Source of the DNA: a virus
Taxonomy: Duplodnaviria > Caudoviricetes
DNA length: 64,000 bases
IMG/VR virus record: IMGVR_UViG_3300035498_000877
Location: 96,001 to 160,000 of that record
Reading direction: 5' to 3' (one strand)
Shown: piece by piece, positions 1 to 10,609 of the stretch
Layout: the number at the start of each line of letters is the position of its first letter
How positions within the stretch are numbered: the stretch's first letter is position 1
The notes under the pieces: generated by a model
What the model was told of the DNA's origin: nothing
What the model saw: only the letters and a program-made list of their open reading frames with translations
Databases searched by the model: none
Program-made: the position numbers and the translations under genes

Positions 1-1298
1 CATCTTGTGAAGTTGAAGGACTTAAGAAAAAGAAATGTATTAGATGTGATAATGAAATAACAGAAGTTATACCAGCATTGGAACATACATGGTCTGATAA
101 TGGAGATGGTACTCACACATGTATTACAGAAGGTGGATGTGGTACAACAGAAGAATGTAGCCCATCAGATCCAGGAACTACATGTGAAAAATGTGGATAT
201 GAATTCGAAGATGTTGAATTAGCAATTACAACTACATCTATAGATGGTATGGTAATTGATACTGAGTATACTAAACAATTAGAAAAGAATATTGATAAAT
301 CAGCTAAATGGTCTATTTCATCTGGATCATTGCCTGATGGAATATCATTGTCTGAAGATGGTATCATTAGTGGTACTCCTACTACATCTGGTATTTATAC
401 ATTCATAGTTAAATGTGTATGTGGAACTCAGGAAGCTACTAAGGAATATAGCACATCGATTGCTAAGAGAATATTTACAGTTACATTCAATGCAATGGAT
501 GGTGAATGTTCAGAAACTACAAGACAAATCGCTGATGGTAGTACAATTGGTGAATTACCAACTGCTAGTATGGATGGAATGGTATTCGGCGGATGGTTCA
601 CAGCTGAAACATTAGGTATGCAAGTTGATGCTCAATATACTGTAACAGCTGATGTTACACTATATGCTAGATATGGTGAAGATAGTGGTATTGTATTTGG
701 TGATGCAACTACAACATTCAATATTGCATATAATAATGATAGAACAAATTATCAAAATCAACCATATACATTATATAGTAGAAACCATGATGGTACTACA
801 TCATCTAACATTGTATTCCAGACGGGAATTGCATGTGCTGATGGTACTGGATCTAATAACTTATCGGCTGATAATGATGAAGTTACATTGTATATCAAAG
901 TAACTAATAATGGAACTGCCAACTCATTTGACTTTGGTTTCGATTGTGACTCTTATATTAATACAGATGAGGATCATCTTGATAATGTTATGATAACTCG
1001 TCTTGAGAATGGTGTTCAGTTATCTGATAAGATCCAAGTTACTGTACCATATACAATGACAGCATGGATCGGTAAATATAATAGTAGAACGTCTAATAGA
1101 TATAATGATGTTGCTGTTGGATATTCAGCTGGATATGGATCTACTGCTGGTGATATGGATACTGGTTATGCTCTTACAATGTATGATTTATTTATCAATA
1201 GTGGAGCATATATCATACTTGAAGTTACATTCAAATATATTGGTACTGGAACTACAGATTCTTCATCTAGTGGAAGTGATACAGGTAATAAATCATAA
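1..1298 (+). CDS. Ig-like/surface-repeat virion or adhesin protein (5'-partial)
   Basis: Frame is open from nt 3 (SCEVEGLKKKKCIRCDNEITEVIPALEHTW), so the gene starts before the window. It has clostridial Cys/His surface repeats, an He_PIG-type Ig motif (WSISSGSLPDGISLSEDGIISGTPT) and an InlB B-repeat/Flg_new motif (VTFNAMDG...FGGWFTA...VTLYARY). Confidence 0.75.
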   Translation, partial: SCEVEGLKKKKCIRCDNEITEVIPALEHTWSDNGDGTHTCITEGGCGTTEECSPSDPGTTCEKCGYEFEDVELAITTTSIDGMVIDTEYTKQLEKNIDKSAKWSISSGSLPDGISLSEDGIISGTPTTSGIYTFIVKCVCGTQEATKEYSTSIAKRIFTVTFNAMDGECSETTRQIADGSTIGELPTASMDGMVFGGWFTAETLGMQVDAQYTVTADVTLYARYGEDSGIVFGDATTTFNIAYNNDRTNYQNQPYTLYSRNHDGTTSSNIVFQTGIACADGTGSNNLSADNDEVTLYIKVTNNGTANSFDFGFDCDSYINTDEDHLDNVMITRLENGVQLSDKIQVTVPYTMTAWIGKYNSRTSNRYNDVAVGYSAGYGSTAGDMDTGYALTMYDLFINSGAYIILEVTFKYIGTGTTDSSSSGSDTGNKS

Positions 1299-1308
1299 AA
1301 TATTAATA

Positions 1309-1340
1309 AATAGAAGAGGGAATTAATTCCCTCTTCTATT
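1309..1340. terminator. Bidirectional intrinsic terminator (perfect 32-bp palindrome)
   Basis: aatagaagagggaattaattccctcttctatt between convergent genes. Confidence 0.8.
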
Positions 1341-1352
1341 ATAATTATTATT

Positions 1353-3353
1353 TTATTTTAATACTATCTTAACTATGTTATCAGATACTCTTTTAATTAC
1401 TCTATAACCACTATCTGATTTAGTAGCTATTGAATTATCATTACATTTACAATATCCATTTACTTCACATGTACCATCATCATATACAGCAAGTACACCA
1501 AGCATACCAATAGCACTCCATTCTGGTCTATCATCTCTTTGAATATAACCTTTATCTAGATCATAATCAGGATTTACTTTATAGAACTCTACTTCTACTT
1601 CCTGATCTACTTCTTCAATAGTGGTATTACCATTTTCATCTTTAATTTCCTGCGGTACTTTAATAGTTTGCATAGTTTTTTCTTTAATATATGCCCCAAA
1701 TTCATCTTTCATGAATTTACCTTGCCACTCAGTATCAGTATTACCAAGTACACATGGATTAGCAGATACTATTCCTAGTACCCAATCTCCTTCTTTGGCA
1801 AGTACAATTTTATCTTCAGATAATGTTACAAACTTTCCTCTTCTATCTTCATTATCTGGATTACCATCTAACCATTCGAAGTACTCTGCATAGTCAGCAC
1901 CAGTTGCAGAATATGCAGCTTGAGCATATGTCGCTCCATCATAATCGACTCTAAATGCATTACTATCACCAGCTGATGTACCGTTACCAATTACAAATGC
2001 AGTGCCACTAGTATCTTTAATAGTTCCTCCAGTTGCTAATTCTGGATCATTATAATGACCTTGTGCATGTTGATAGTCTTCAGCAATGGTATACCAACCT
2101 TCTGCGTGTGAAACACCGCCATTAGCTTTAGTAGCATATCCTTCTGCATGCGATTCTCCTCCAATTGATTGTGTCCCGTAACCTTCTGCATGCGAGTAAT
2201 TTCCTTTAGCTTTACCAAATCCTTCTGCATGTGAGTAATCACCAGATGCTGTGGTACTATTACCTTCAGCATGCGATCCAGGACCAGATGCAGTAGTATA
2301 ACCACCTTCAGCATGAGAACTATTTCCTGAAGCTACTGTAGTATCACCTTCAGCATGAGAACATAAACCACTGGCAATAGTACTTTCACCCTCAGCATGC
2401 GTACTATCCTTAGTAGCTGATGTAGTATTTCCTTCAGTGTGACTATAAGTACCAGATGCTGTAGTTTTATAACCCTCTGCATGTGATGCAGTACCAGTAG
2501 CAGTAGTACCTTCACCTTCTGCATGTGAGTAATCACCAGATGCACTTACCCAACCACTTTCTTTACCATATTCACATCCTGCGCCCTCGGCATGAGAACA
2601 TGAACCTGTTGCTTCAGTACGATATCCCTCAGCATGAGAGCAAGGATCTATTGTACTGGTATCATATCCTTCAGTATGAGAATAATCACCTGATGCATAA
2701 CTATATCCTTCTGAATGTGAATATTTACCCTTAGCCTCAGAATACAGTATATCTTCAGCACTAGATCCACCATCATCAAGATGTCCACCACCCTCAGCAT
2801 GAGAATAATCACCAGAAGCTTTAGTTAAAGTACCCTCAGCATGAGATCCTTTACCACTAGCTTTAGTACCAGATCCTTCTGCATGTGAGTAATCACCAGA
2901 CGCTTCTACATATATTAGAATTTCATCATTTATATTACGCATATATCCTTCGGCATGGGAACCTTCACCGCCAGCAATTGTATCTGCACCCTCGGCATGA
3001 GAATAATCACCTGATGCTGTAGTATTATTACCTTCAGCAGTAGAACAATCTCCAGCATCTGTTTCTTTTTTTCTTCCAAGATTTATTGAAGCATCACTGT
3101 ATATTGATAGTTTAGCATATTCATCATCAGCTCCAATATTGGTTCTGATATTATCCTTTTCTTCATCAGTAAGTTCTTGTACTTCAGTAGATACTGCTTT
3201 GTAATTCTCCACATTATCCAATCCAATTGTAGATTTAGTAATATTATGTGGATTTAATGTATCAATATGCTCTTGTAATTTATTATCAACATCCTGTTTG
3301 CTTACATCAATTAGAGTCTTTATTGAATTTTCACCAGCATATTTTTTGCTCAT
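1353..3353 (-). CDS. Tail fibre/spike with SHAEG beta-roll repeats and C-terminal peptidase G2-type autocleaving chaperone domain
   Basis: More than 20 copies of a ~14-aa xSHAEGxxTxASG repeat; ADYAEYFEW...GIVS...W..IGMLG C-terminal domain; N-terminal NPHNITKSTIGLDNVEN fibre motif. Confidence 0.8.
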   Translation of the reverse strand: MSKKYAGENSIKTLIDVSKQDVDNKLQEHIDTLNPHNITKSTIGLDNVENYKAVSTEVQELTDEEKDNIRTNIGADDEYAKLSIYSDASINLGRKKETDAGDCSTAEGNNTTASGDYSHAEGADTIAGGEGSHAEGYMRNINDEILIYVEASGDYSHAEGSGTKASGKGSHAEGTLTKASGDYSHAEGGGHLDDGGSSAEDILYSEAKGKYSHSEGYSYASGDYSHTEGYDTSTIDPCSHAEGYRTEATGSCSHAEGAGCEYGKESGWVSASGDYSHAEGEGTTATGTASHAEGYKTTASGTYSHTEGNTTSATKDSTHAEGESTIASGLCSHAEGDTTVASGNSSHAEGGYTTASGPGSHAEGNSTTASGDYSHAEGFGKAKGNYSHAEGYGTQSIGGESHAEGYATKANGGVSHAEGWYTIAEDYQHAQGHYNDPELATGGTIKDTSGTAFVIGNGTSAGDSNAFRVDYDGATYAQAAYSATGADYAEYFEWLDGNPDNEDRRGKFVTLSEDKIVLAKEGDWVLGIVSANPCVLGNTDTEWQGKFMKDEFGAYIKEKTMQTIKVPQEIKDENGNTTIEEVDQEVEVEFYKVNPDYDLDKGYIQRDDRPEWSAIGMLGVLAVYDDGTCEVNGYCKCNDNSIATKSDSGYRVIKRVSDNIVKIVLK

Positions 3354-3413
3354 AATAGTATATCTCCTTTCTAGTATTTATTTTGTGTTATTTAATAACT
3401 AATAGAGCTTTAT
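3346..3413 (-). repeat. Shared fibre-gene leader, copy 1 (68 bp identical to 11715-11782 and 13308-13375)
   Basis: Direct comparison; contains the AGGAG RBS and ATGAGCAA start. Confidence 0.9.
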
Positions 3414-3428
3414 AAAATGGTAAAAAAT

Positions 3429-3456
3429 AAAGAGAGGGATTAGTACCCCTCTCTTT
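3429..3456. terminator. Intrinsic terminator hairpin
   Basis: aaagagaggg-attagtac-ccctctcttt immediately after the 3460-3942 stop; T-run on the minus strand. Confidence 0.75.
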
Positions 3457-3459
3457 CAG

Positions 3460-3942
3460 TTATATTCCATCAATTTCCCCATTAAACATATTTTTGAGTG
3501 TATATATTGTAGTATCAATAATATATTGATTTATGTATTCTTTTGTATATATCAGATTTTCATAATCAATATTATTAAAATTAATATCATTCTTTACTAT
3601 AGTCACAGTATCACCAAGCATTCTCTTTAGATGTTCCTTAGTAATCTTTTCTAAATCATGATTATCTGAGAATGTTCTGTATTTAACAGTAGTTACTGAT
3701 GCTATAGCTTCTCTTATAGATTTCAATAATAATTCTGAATACTCTAATATCTCTTTATCTTTAATAATTTTTTCTTTAGAAGATTCCTCTAGTTTCTTTT
3801 TTTCTAGATTATATAATTCTTCCTCCTTATCCATTAATGCATGAATCTTAATAATAAGATGAATTAGTAATATTATTAGTAATAATATAAATGCTAATCC
3901 AGCATCCATGCATGCTGTATAAACATATTCAAGTGTTTCCAT
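3460..3942 (-). CDS. Hypothetical protein with N-terminal TM helix and coiled coil
   Basis: 160-aa ORF with RBS; hydrophobic LAFILLLIILLIHLII. Confidence 0.7.
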   Translation of the reverse strand: METLEYVYTACMDAGLAFILLLIILLIHLIIKIHALMDKEEELYNLEKKKLEESSKEKIIKDKEILEYSELLLKSIREAIASVTTVKYRTFSDNHDLEKITKEHLKRMLGDTVTIVKNDINFNNIDYENLIYTKEYINQYIIDTTIYTLKNMFNGEIDGI

Positions 3943-3957
3943 TTCACAGTCTCCTTT

Positions 3958-5189
3958 TTATTCATCTTCTAATCTAGCAAATTTTGATAAATTATTTTTG
4001 AATAGTTGGACAATATTATCAGTTAGATGCTTTTTCTTAAATGGTATATTGTCCATAACCCATTCCATCATCTCATCATAATCATTACCAATCTCATGAG
4101 GATGTAATTTCATCCATATTACATATGTTTTGATTAATTTATTCAGATAATAATATTCGGCTTTAGTACACAATATAGTTGCATCACCAAAACGATATTC
4201 ATTAACTATTTCTTCATCTTCTGCTTGTCCAATAAATTCATCTTCATCATCTATTGTTTGCATTTCAACACCTAATGATTTAAGATAAACTTGTAATATT
4301 TCAGATGTTCTAGAAGTAAATGAATCAGGAATATTATATTTATTATCATCTGATAAAATTGCTTCATACATATATTTTCTACCATCTACTGAAGATCTAT
4401 ATAATGCAGTAATTAATGCAAAGTCTTCTGGGTTAGTTATGATCATGAAGTTGGGCATTTCATATTCGCCGAACCTGATTGGTTTGCTAGAATACCAAGA
4501 TTTACCTATCTTATTTTCATGAGATTTCTCTGGTAATCCCTCATCAGATATTGATCCAGATGAACGTACTGAGAATCCCTTTTCACCTGATTGTTTTAAC
4601 ATCATCATATACTGATATCCAATATTATCACTACCTATATAGATATCTCTACCCCACTTTGGTTTAGGTACAAATATATGATATGGAGTGAATATATCAG
4701 GATATTTTTCATATACCTGAATAATCTTATCTCTCCATGTTTTATAATCAGGCTCTGAACTATCTTCAAATGCTTCCCATCTGATATATAATGTATCATC
4801 AGTTCTTAATGTACCATCTCTATTCAAATTAATGGTACTATCAATAAATTTAACTTTCTCTCGGTCTGATAATCCATCATAAATATTTTCAAATTCTTTA
4901 GCTTCTTTTTCATTAAGTATTTTCATGATATCAAATAAGAATTCTTTACGTTCTTCATTTGTTTCCAAAGTGGCAGCATGTTTTCTAGCAATGTCTTGTA
5001 TGTATGTAACACTACCTTCAAGCATAACCATTGGAATAGTTCTATTAATAATAGCTAGAGGATTTGTAATCATATCTACTCTTTCGATAATACCTTTTGG
5101 ATGTTTAACTCCATATTTATCTACAGTATATTCCCTAGTAAGATATGGCATTTCTTCATCTGCTCTAATCTGACAAATCACTGTTTTGT
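3958..5189 (-). CDS. rpoB: RNA polymerase beta-like (C-terminal) subunit, exon 2; probably non-virion RNAP
   Basis: Splicing restores GRHG-N-KTVI; also DMITNPLAIINR, YMMMLKQ, RSSG, RFGEYE and LQVYLKSLG beta motifs. Spliced product about 794 aa. Confidence 0.88.
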
Positions 5190-6019
5190 CATTTCCTTCA
5201 CATAGTTCGCAACACTATGCAGTTCTCTTATGAACTTCTCATACTCTCGTATGACAATAATCTATCTCAAGGTTAAGGTGTATTTCTACAGTTGAGACTA
5301 TATCTTTAGCTCATTTATATGAACAGAGCTAGGCTTTTCCAATTAAGGGAATTTCACCCGCTACCATTAGCTTGTAGCCGTACTCCTGTTGGCTTGTTAG
5401 GCCCGAGGGATAGTCGTTGAACTTCTTTATTTTGATATACTTTACATGCATAATGCATATGTTATAATTAATTGAATTATATGAAAACATTGATCTTGTA
5501 TCAAATTAATCTTCAATAAATTCGCTTTAATATGATCTATGATATAATGAGCAATTGAATTTACAAATAACATGATTGTTATAATAAGATATTTATCTTC
5601 ATTATGATAATTATAAATTACAATTGGTAGCATTATACAGAATGCCCATTGAAATGAATGCAAATATAATGCTATAATATAATCATATTGATATAAAGGT
5701 GATGGAGCATTTTCTTCCCACCACTTTTTCTGTTTCATAGATCCCATTAATCCTTGTAAGTTAAAATCAGCAAATATGTGCATAAATAACATTGCTGAGT
5801 ATACTATATATTTTGGAATAATCATAATATCACTTCCTTTCTTATTGGAAGTATATCAAAATAAATTTAGCTGCGGATCTTCTCTATTAACTACATTATT
5901 ACTATACCTAAGGCATTACCCTTCGCCATCATTATATTACTATAATGATTTAGTAGTGTTACTTTACAAGATTTGCCCGCAATTAACCTAGTTTTACATG
6001 GGCCAAAACATACATATGC
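5190..6019 (-). ncRNA. Group I intron (830 nt) in the RNAP beta gene, carrying an internal ORF
   Basis: Minus-strand P (aattgcgggcaaatc), Q (gatccgcagctaa), R (gttcaacgacta) and S (aagatatagtc); P1 CAUGGG/CCCAUG; P10 UGUUUUG with exon-2 CAAAACA; terminal G; removal restores frame and motif. Confidence 0.9.
5442..5825 (-). CDS. Intron-encoded DUF3307-like small membrane protein
   Basis: HIFADFNLQ...LH...HYIIDHIK...DQCFH pattern with hydrophobic helices; own RBS (AAGGAAGTG). Confidence 0.75.
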   Translation of the reverse strand: MIIPKYIVYSAMLFMHIFADFNLQGLMGSMKQKKWWEENAPSPLYQYDYIIALYLHSFQWAFCIMLPIVIYNYHNEDKYLIITIMLFVNSIAHYIIDHIKANLLKINLIQDQCFHIIQLIITYALCM

Positions 6020-7172
6020 TCCCATGTCGGCCTACGATCTTTCGGCCGATGATTGCTTGTTCTTTCTTACGTACTAAAATCTCTACCATCATATTAGAGA
6101 ATACATTATCATTATATGCCCATACTGCTTGAGTATCTAGATAATTCATTGCAATTCTCTTCCAATGATTAATATTTTTATGGATATTTTTACATCCCGA
6201 TTTCAGTATCTTATTGCATATTTTATATACCTTAGTATAGAACCATCTGCTGTCATTGTAATATTGAACAAGTTGTTTATTCACTTTATTAACTTTTATA
6301 TTGGAATTATTGCAATAGATATTGATATCAATTATTTCACCATCTGCATAGAATATTTGATCTGTTTGAGCATTGATGTGAGTAAGTGAAGAATCTCTGA
6401 GATCTGAAAACATTCTAGTCTCTTTAATGGTACGAGTAGCTGCCAATATACCATTATCTATTTTATCTCCAATATTAGGAAGTCCAATATAATCGTTATT
6501 ATCCTTCCCATATAAATTCAATAGAATCGTATTTTCATTGATTGGTATTGTAATAGATTTCACATTATTAGTCACCATTCGTTTTGCAAATGATTCTGAT
6601 ACTACAATAGCATCATCCTGTACAGCTGGATCAACCCCATACAATATTCTTCCATTAATACCAACTCCAACATTCATATCTTCATCATATGATGTAGATG
6701 CATATACTAATGTATCTTTGGATATAGTTTCACCAACTTCGCATTGATCCAGAAAATCATTATCATAAGCAAATCCAAAATTTTCTGTTAGATCCTCTAC
6801 CTCTTTGCGTTCCAATACAATATACTTATCTTCTTTCTCTGAATATAGAAAGTATAGTGCCATATAAGATTTACCTTTTAACAGTTCTTCATACTTCTTA
6901 GCAATATCAACTACTTTGTAGTCAGTATCGGCACGAAAATAATTTGAAGATTGCTCACCTATTAGATTCTCCTTACCATCAAAGAACATAGGAAATTCTG
7001 GATTATCAATTGCTAAATGTTGAACCTTATGTTTGATATTCATGGTAGATCTCATAACATTGTTACCACCAGGAAAATCTCCTTGACCAACTAAAGCTAA
7101 TCTTTTGTTACCTTTGAGCTCTTCATTTTTCTTTTGAAGTTCGTATATAAGGTTATACTTCTCTCTAGCCAT
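6020..7172 (-). CDS. rpoB: RNA polymerase beta-like (C-terminal) subunit, exon 1
   Basis: ATG at 7172 after AGGAGG; motifs NNVMRSTM, GINGR, QDDAIVVSESFA and GRKIVGRHG. Confidence 0.88.
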
Positions 7173-7229
7173 TTTACTTATTCCTCCTTTAAAAATGTTA
7201 ATAGTAATAGTTCTCACTTACCGAAAAAG

Positions 7230-7237
7230 AATATATA
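7230..7237 (-). promoter_or_regulatory. Candidate phage early promoter motif TATATATT
   Basis: Same octamer precedes several non-structural transcription units (10502, 13404, 42839, 42866, 53211, 54520, 59409). Confidence 0.45.
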
Positions 7238-7318
7238 AATAAAAATAAATATAGATCCTTAATTTTTATTCACTTTTTACAGTTTCTATAATAATATTTA
7301 AGTAAAGGAGAGAATCTT

Positions 7319-8725
7319 ATGAATATTGAATTAGTTGATATGAATAGGATTATAGGTGTTAATAAGTTAGAAGAAGTCAGTGGACCTAGATTATTTTCTT
7401 CTAAGATGACTTATGATCCTGCAGGTATATTATCGAATGAAATATTTGGTATTTCTAAACAAGATAGACGTAATACATTTGCCTATATAAATCTTAGAAG
7501 ACCTTTTATTCATCCGCATATCTATAATAATGTATTGATACCCACATATCGAAAAGCTATTGGTATTGTTGCTGGTCAGAAATATGTAAGTGTTAAAGAT
7601 GGAATTATAATAGATGATCCTGATAATGGATGGACTGGTATATCTAATTTATATTCACATTGGGATGAAATAGACTGGAAGAAAGTCAAACTCAATGAAT
7701 CCAATAATAGATCACTATTAGTGAATCTAAAAAGAGATCAAGTATTTATTGACAAGATACTAGTATCACCACCAGCCTATCGTGATGTAATGATTAGTGG
7801 TACAGTAGATTCTTCAGATCATGTCAGTGAAGTAAATGATTTATATTTAAAATTAATCAGATCAGTTGCTTTATTATCTGAGGGAGGAATGTTTGCTAGA
7901 ACACAGTATGCCACTCAGAAAAATATACAGGATACATTAGTAGCTATTTATAATTACTATAAGAATCTTATATCAAAGAAACAAGGATTGATCAGAAAGT
8001 ATTTACTAGGTAAGAGTGTTGACTATGGTACCAGATCAGTTATATCAGCTCCATCTTATAACCATGAGAGATTTGAAGATAATATAATTGATATGGATCA
8101 CTCTGCAATACCAATAGAACAATGTTGCTCTAACTTTTATCCATTTATAGAAGCATGGGTAAAAAATTTCTTTACAAGGGAAATTATTAATGATCCAAAT
8201 GTAATGACTTTTTATGACCCAGAATTGAAAAGAGAAATTACTGCATCTATTAAAGATCCAGAAATACAATTCTCTGAAAAGAATGTAAAGAAGATGATAA
8301 ATGATTACTGTTTGAATCCTGATAATAGATATAAAATAATAACAATGGATGTTGTTATTCCCACAGCTAAAGAGGATAAAATATTGAAAGCAAATCTATT
8401 ATTGAAAGGAAAAGTAATTCTTCCTAATAATGCTTCTACCCAATTAGCAAGACAACTAACAGTAACAGATATCTTATATTTGGCATGTGTTGATGTATGT
8501 GAAAAAAGACATATAATGATATCAAGATATCCTGTAGGTACAGATAAAGGAATATACTTTAATAAGATAAGAGTTCAATCAACACGTAATCATATTAAAT
8601 TAGTATTCAATGGAAAAGAATATCCTTTTTATCCAGATATACGATTAGATACTGATCATGATAAAGTAGGAATTCAATTTATTGATTCATTAGTTCTATC
8701 CAATGCTCATTTGGATGGCATGGGT
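7319..8725 (+). CDS. rpoC: RNA polymerase beta'-like subunit, exon 1; probably virion RNAP
   Basis: GILSNEIFG, FAYINL, PPAYRD, KQGLIRKYLLGKSVDYGTRSVI and SRYP motifs; ends DGMG directly before the catalytic motif. Confidence 0.9.
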
Positions 8726-9096
8726 AAATCAGTGCTCATGTAAAACCTTTTTAACTGCCGGGAACTCCATTAATCATAAATAACTGCAGCTAGTAGTGAT
8801 ACATAGTGTAGCAATATACATAACGGTATATGGATAGTAAAATCATTTATGATTGGATAATCATAGGCAGCCAAGTATCTATATTTATATAGATAAAGGT
8901 TCAGAGACTATCGGCCAACTATAATATGCGAGAAACTCGGTATTAATAGTCATTAGAGTAGATCTATCACGATAGATAGACCACCAATCTTGGCAGGAAG
9001 TGGAGTAATTCGAAATGGAAGGTGGGGGATATCGGTAACAGGTATTCTCTGAAGATATAGTCCAAAATTAAAGTTCTAACCCCAGTAAAATCGCTG
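8726..9096 (+). ncRNA. Group I intron (371 nt, no ORF) in the RNAP beta' gene
   Basis: Exon ends in U (GGU) paired with G in P1 (CAUGGGU/GCUCAUG); P10 AUCAGU with GCUGAU; P actgccgggaa, Q ggcagccaag, R gttcagagacta, S aagatatagtcc; terminal G9096; splicing gives DGMG-ADYDGD. Confidence 0.93.
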
Positions 9097-10500
9097 GCTG
9101 ATTATGATGGCGATGTACTTAGCTTAAGGGGTATATGGTCCGATGAAGCTAATCAAGAAGCTGAAGAGATCATGAATAAGAAAATAAGTGTATTAAATAT
9201 TACTGGTACTAATGCTAAAGGAGTATCTAAGGAATTAGTAAACTCTATGTACGAATTAACTAAAACTATGAAAGGATCTAGATCAATCAATGAAGAAGAA
9301 ACTAAAGAATTACTTAGTATTAGTTTTAACGATATTACTAGAAGTAAACTTGCAGATTGGTTTGCTGATACAGTAGATTGTTCAGTAAAGAATCAAGCAG
9401 GTAAAAGACATTCTAGGTTTAATACATGGGATCTAATGAATGTTCCTAGAAATTATTTTTATGATGGACAACCTGCATTGACTACTACTGTAGGTAAATT
9501 TGTGTACAATAAATTTGTATTGGAAGCATCTGGAATTATTGGTGCAGTAGGATATATATCTGATACTATCAATAAAGGCAAGAATGGTGATATTGATAAT
9601 CTAGTAGGAGATCTTTTATTGAATGATAAAATTAATAAGACTCAATTCAATAATTATATTGATAGAAGAGATACTTTAGGTTATTGGATAAATGGCATGT
9701 TAGCACATACAATATCTGAAAAGATGCTTAAGCCATTACCAGAAGTTGAGAAGAAGAAAGCAGAATTAATTAAAGCACATGAAAAAGAATTAGCTGAAGG
9801 AAATATTGATGTAATGACTCAGATAAGTGATGAGCTTGTTTCTTATGCTAAAGATATACTTAAAGATGATCCTGGCATGGATCTATATACTTCGGGTGAT
9901 CTTGATTTTGGTAACAATTATAAATGTAATTCAATATTGAAAGGTGCTGTAAAGAATGAGATCACAGGTGAATATGATTTTATTGGATCATCATTTATGG
10001 ATGGTATTGAAATTAAAGATATTCCATCACATGCAAATTCAATATTGGCATCTCAATATCCTGCATCAATTGCAACTAAAGATGCTGGTTATCTCGGTAA
10101 GAAATTATTAGCATTACTTCAGATGATGGAATTAGATGAACCTGATACTGATTGTGGTACTAAACAATTGGTACCAGTAGAAATTACCAAATCTAATAAA
10201 TCCAATATGATATATTCATATATAGATGAGGGTGGCGGAAAACTCACTATGCTAGATAATTCTAATATTGGATCATATATTGGAAAGACTGTTAAAATGA
10301 GATCTCCTATGACATGTACTGGTCAAAAGATATGTTCTAAATGTGCTGGTAAACTATTCTATATGATAGGAGCTGAACATATTGGATTATTTGCAGTACA
10401 GATTTCACATGCTGATCTTAACTTGGCATTGAAAGCTAAACATGATGCATCAGTAAAACTTCATGTTTTTAATCCTGATGAAATCCTTGAGGATATTTAA
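9097..10500 (+). CDS. rpoC: RNA polymerase beta'-like subunit, exon 2 (catalytic DYDGD, bridge helix, Zn site)
   Basis: ADYDGD is in frame with the 9172 ORF; TKDAGYLGKKL, DCGT, RSPMTC and CSKCAG motifs. Spliced product about 936 aa. Confidence 0.9.
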   Translation, partial: ADYDGDVLSLRGIWSDEANQEAEEIMNKKISVLNITGTNAKGVSKELVNSMYELTKTMKGSRSINEEETKELLSISFNDITRSKLADWFADTVDCSVKNQAGKRHSRFNTWDLMNVPRNYFYDGQPALTTTVGKFVYNKFVLEASGIIGAVGYISDTINKGKNGDIDNLVGDLLLNDKINKTQFNNYIDRRDTLGYWINGMLAHTISEKMLKPLPEVEKKKAELIKAHEKELAEGNIDVMTQISDELVSYAKDILKDDPGMDLYTSGDLDFGNNYKCNSILKGAVKNEITGEYDFIGSSFMDGIEIKDIPSHANSILASQYPASIATKDAGYLGKKLLALLQMMELDEPDTDCGTKQLVPVEITKSNKSNMIYSYIDEGGGKLTMLDNSNIGSYIGKTVKMRSPMTCTGQKICSKCAGKLFYMIGAEHIGLFAVQISHADLNLALKAKHDASVKLHVFNPDEILEDI

Positions 10501-10501
10501 T

Positions 10502-10509
10502 TATATATT
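10502..10509 (+). promoter_or_regulatory. Candidate early promoter motif TATATATT
   Basis: Intergenic, upstream of 10610. Confidence 0.45.
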
Positions 10510-10609
10510 ATAATAGTAATGATATAGTCGGTATTATAAAAATATCGTCGGGTATACACTATGTCATTAAAAGTTATAACTTTAAATAAAAAGAAGGGAG
10601 CTCTCAAAC

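Noticed and set aside
2036-3050. Regular ~42-bp repeats (ccttcagcatg) as a CRISPR array
   Set aside because: They are degenerate in-frame codons of SHAEG protein repeats; there are no constant repeats, spacers or cas genes.
5994-6019. Track C-terminus SICMFWPM and separate ORF start at 5181
   Set aside because: Read-through into the intron; the two ORFs are exons of one beta gene.
6027-6049. tcggcc...ggccga exon hairpin and GC-rich codons beside the intron as a homing co-conversion tract
   Set aside because: Could arise from the repeated Gly-Arg codons; it cannot be tested without intronless alleles.
8726-9171. Two separate beta' genes (7319-8743 and 9172-10500) with an intergenic gap
   Set aside because: The gap is a group I intron plus coding sequence containing ADYDGD.
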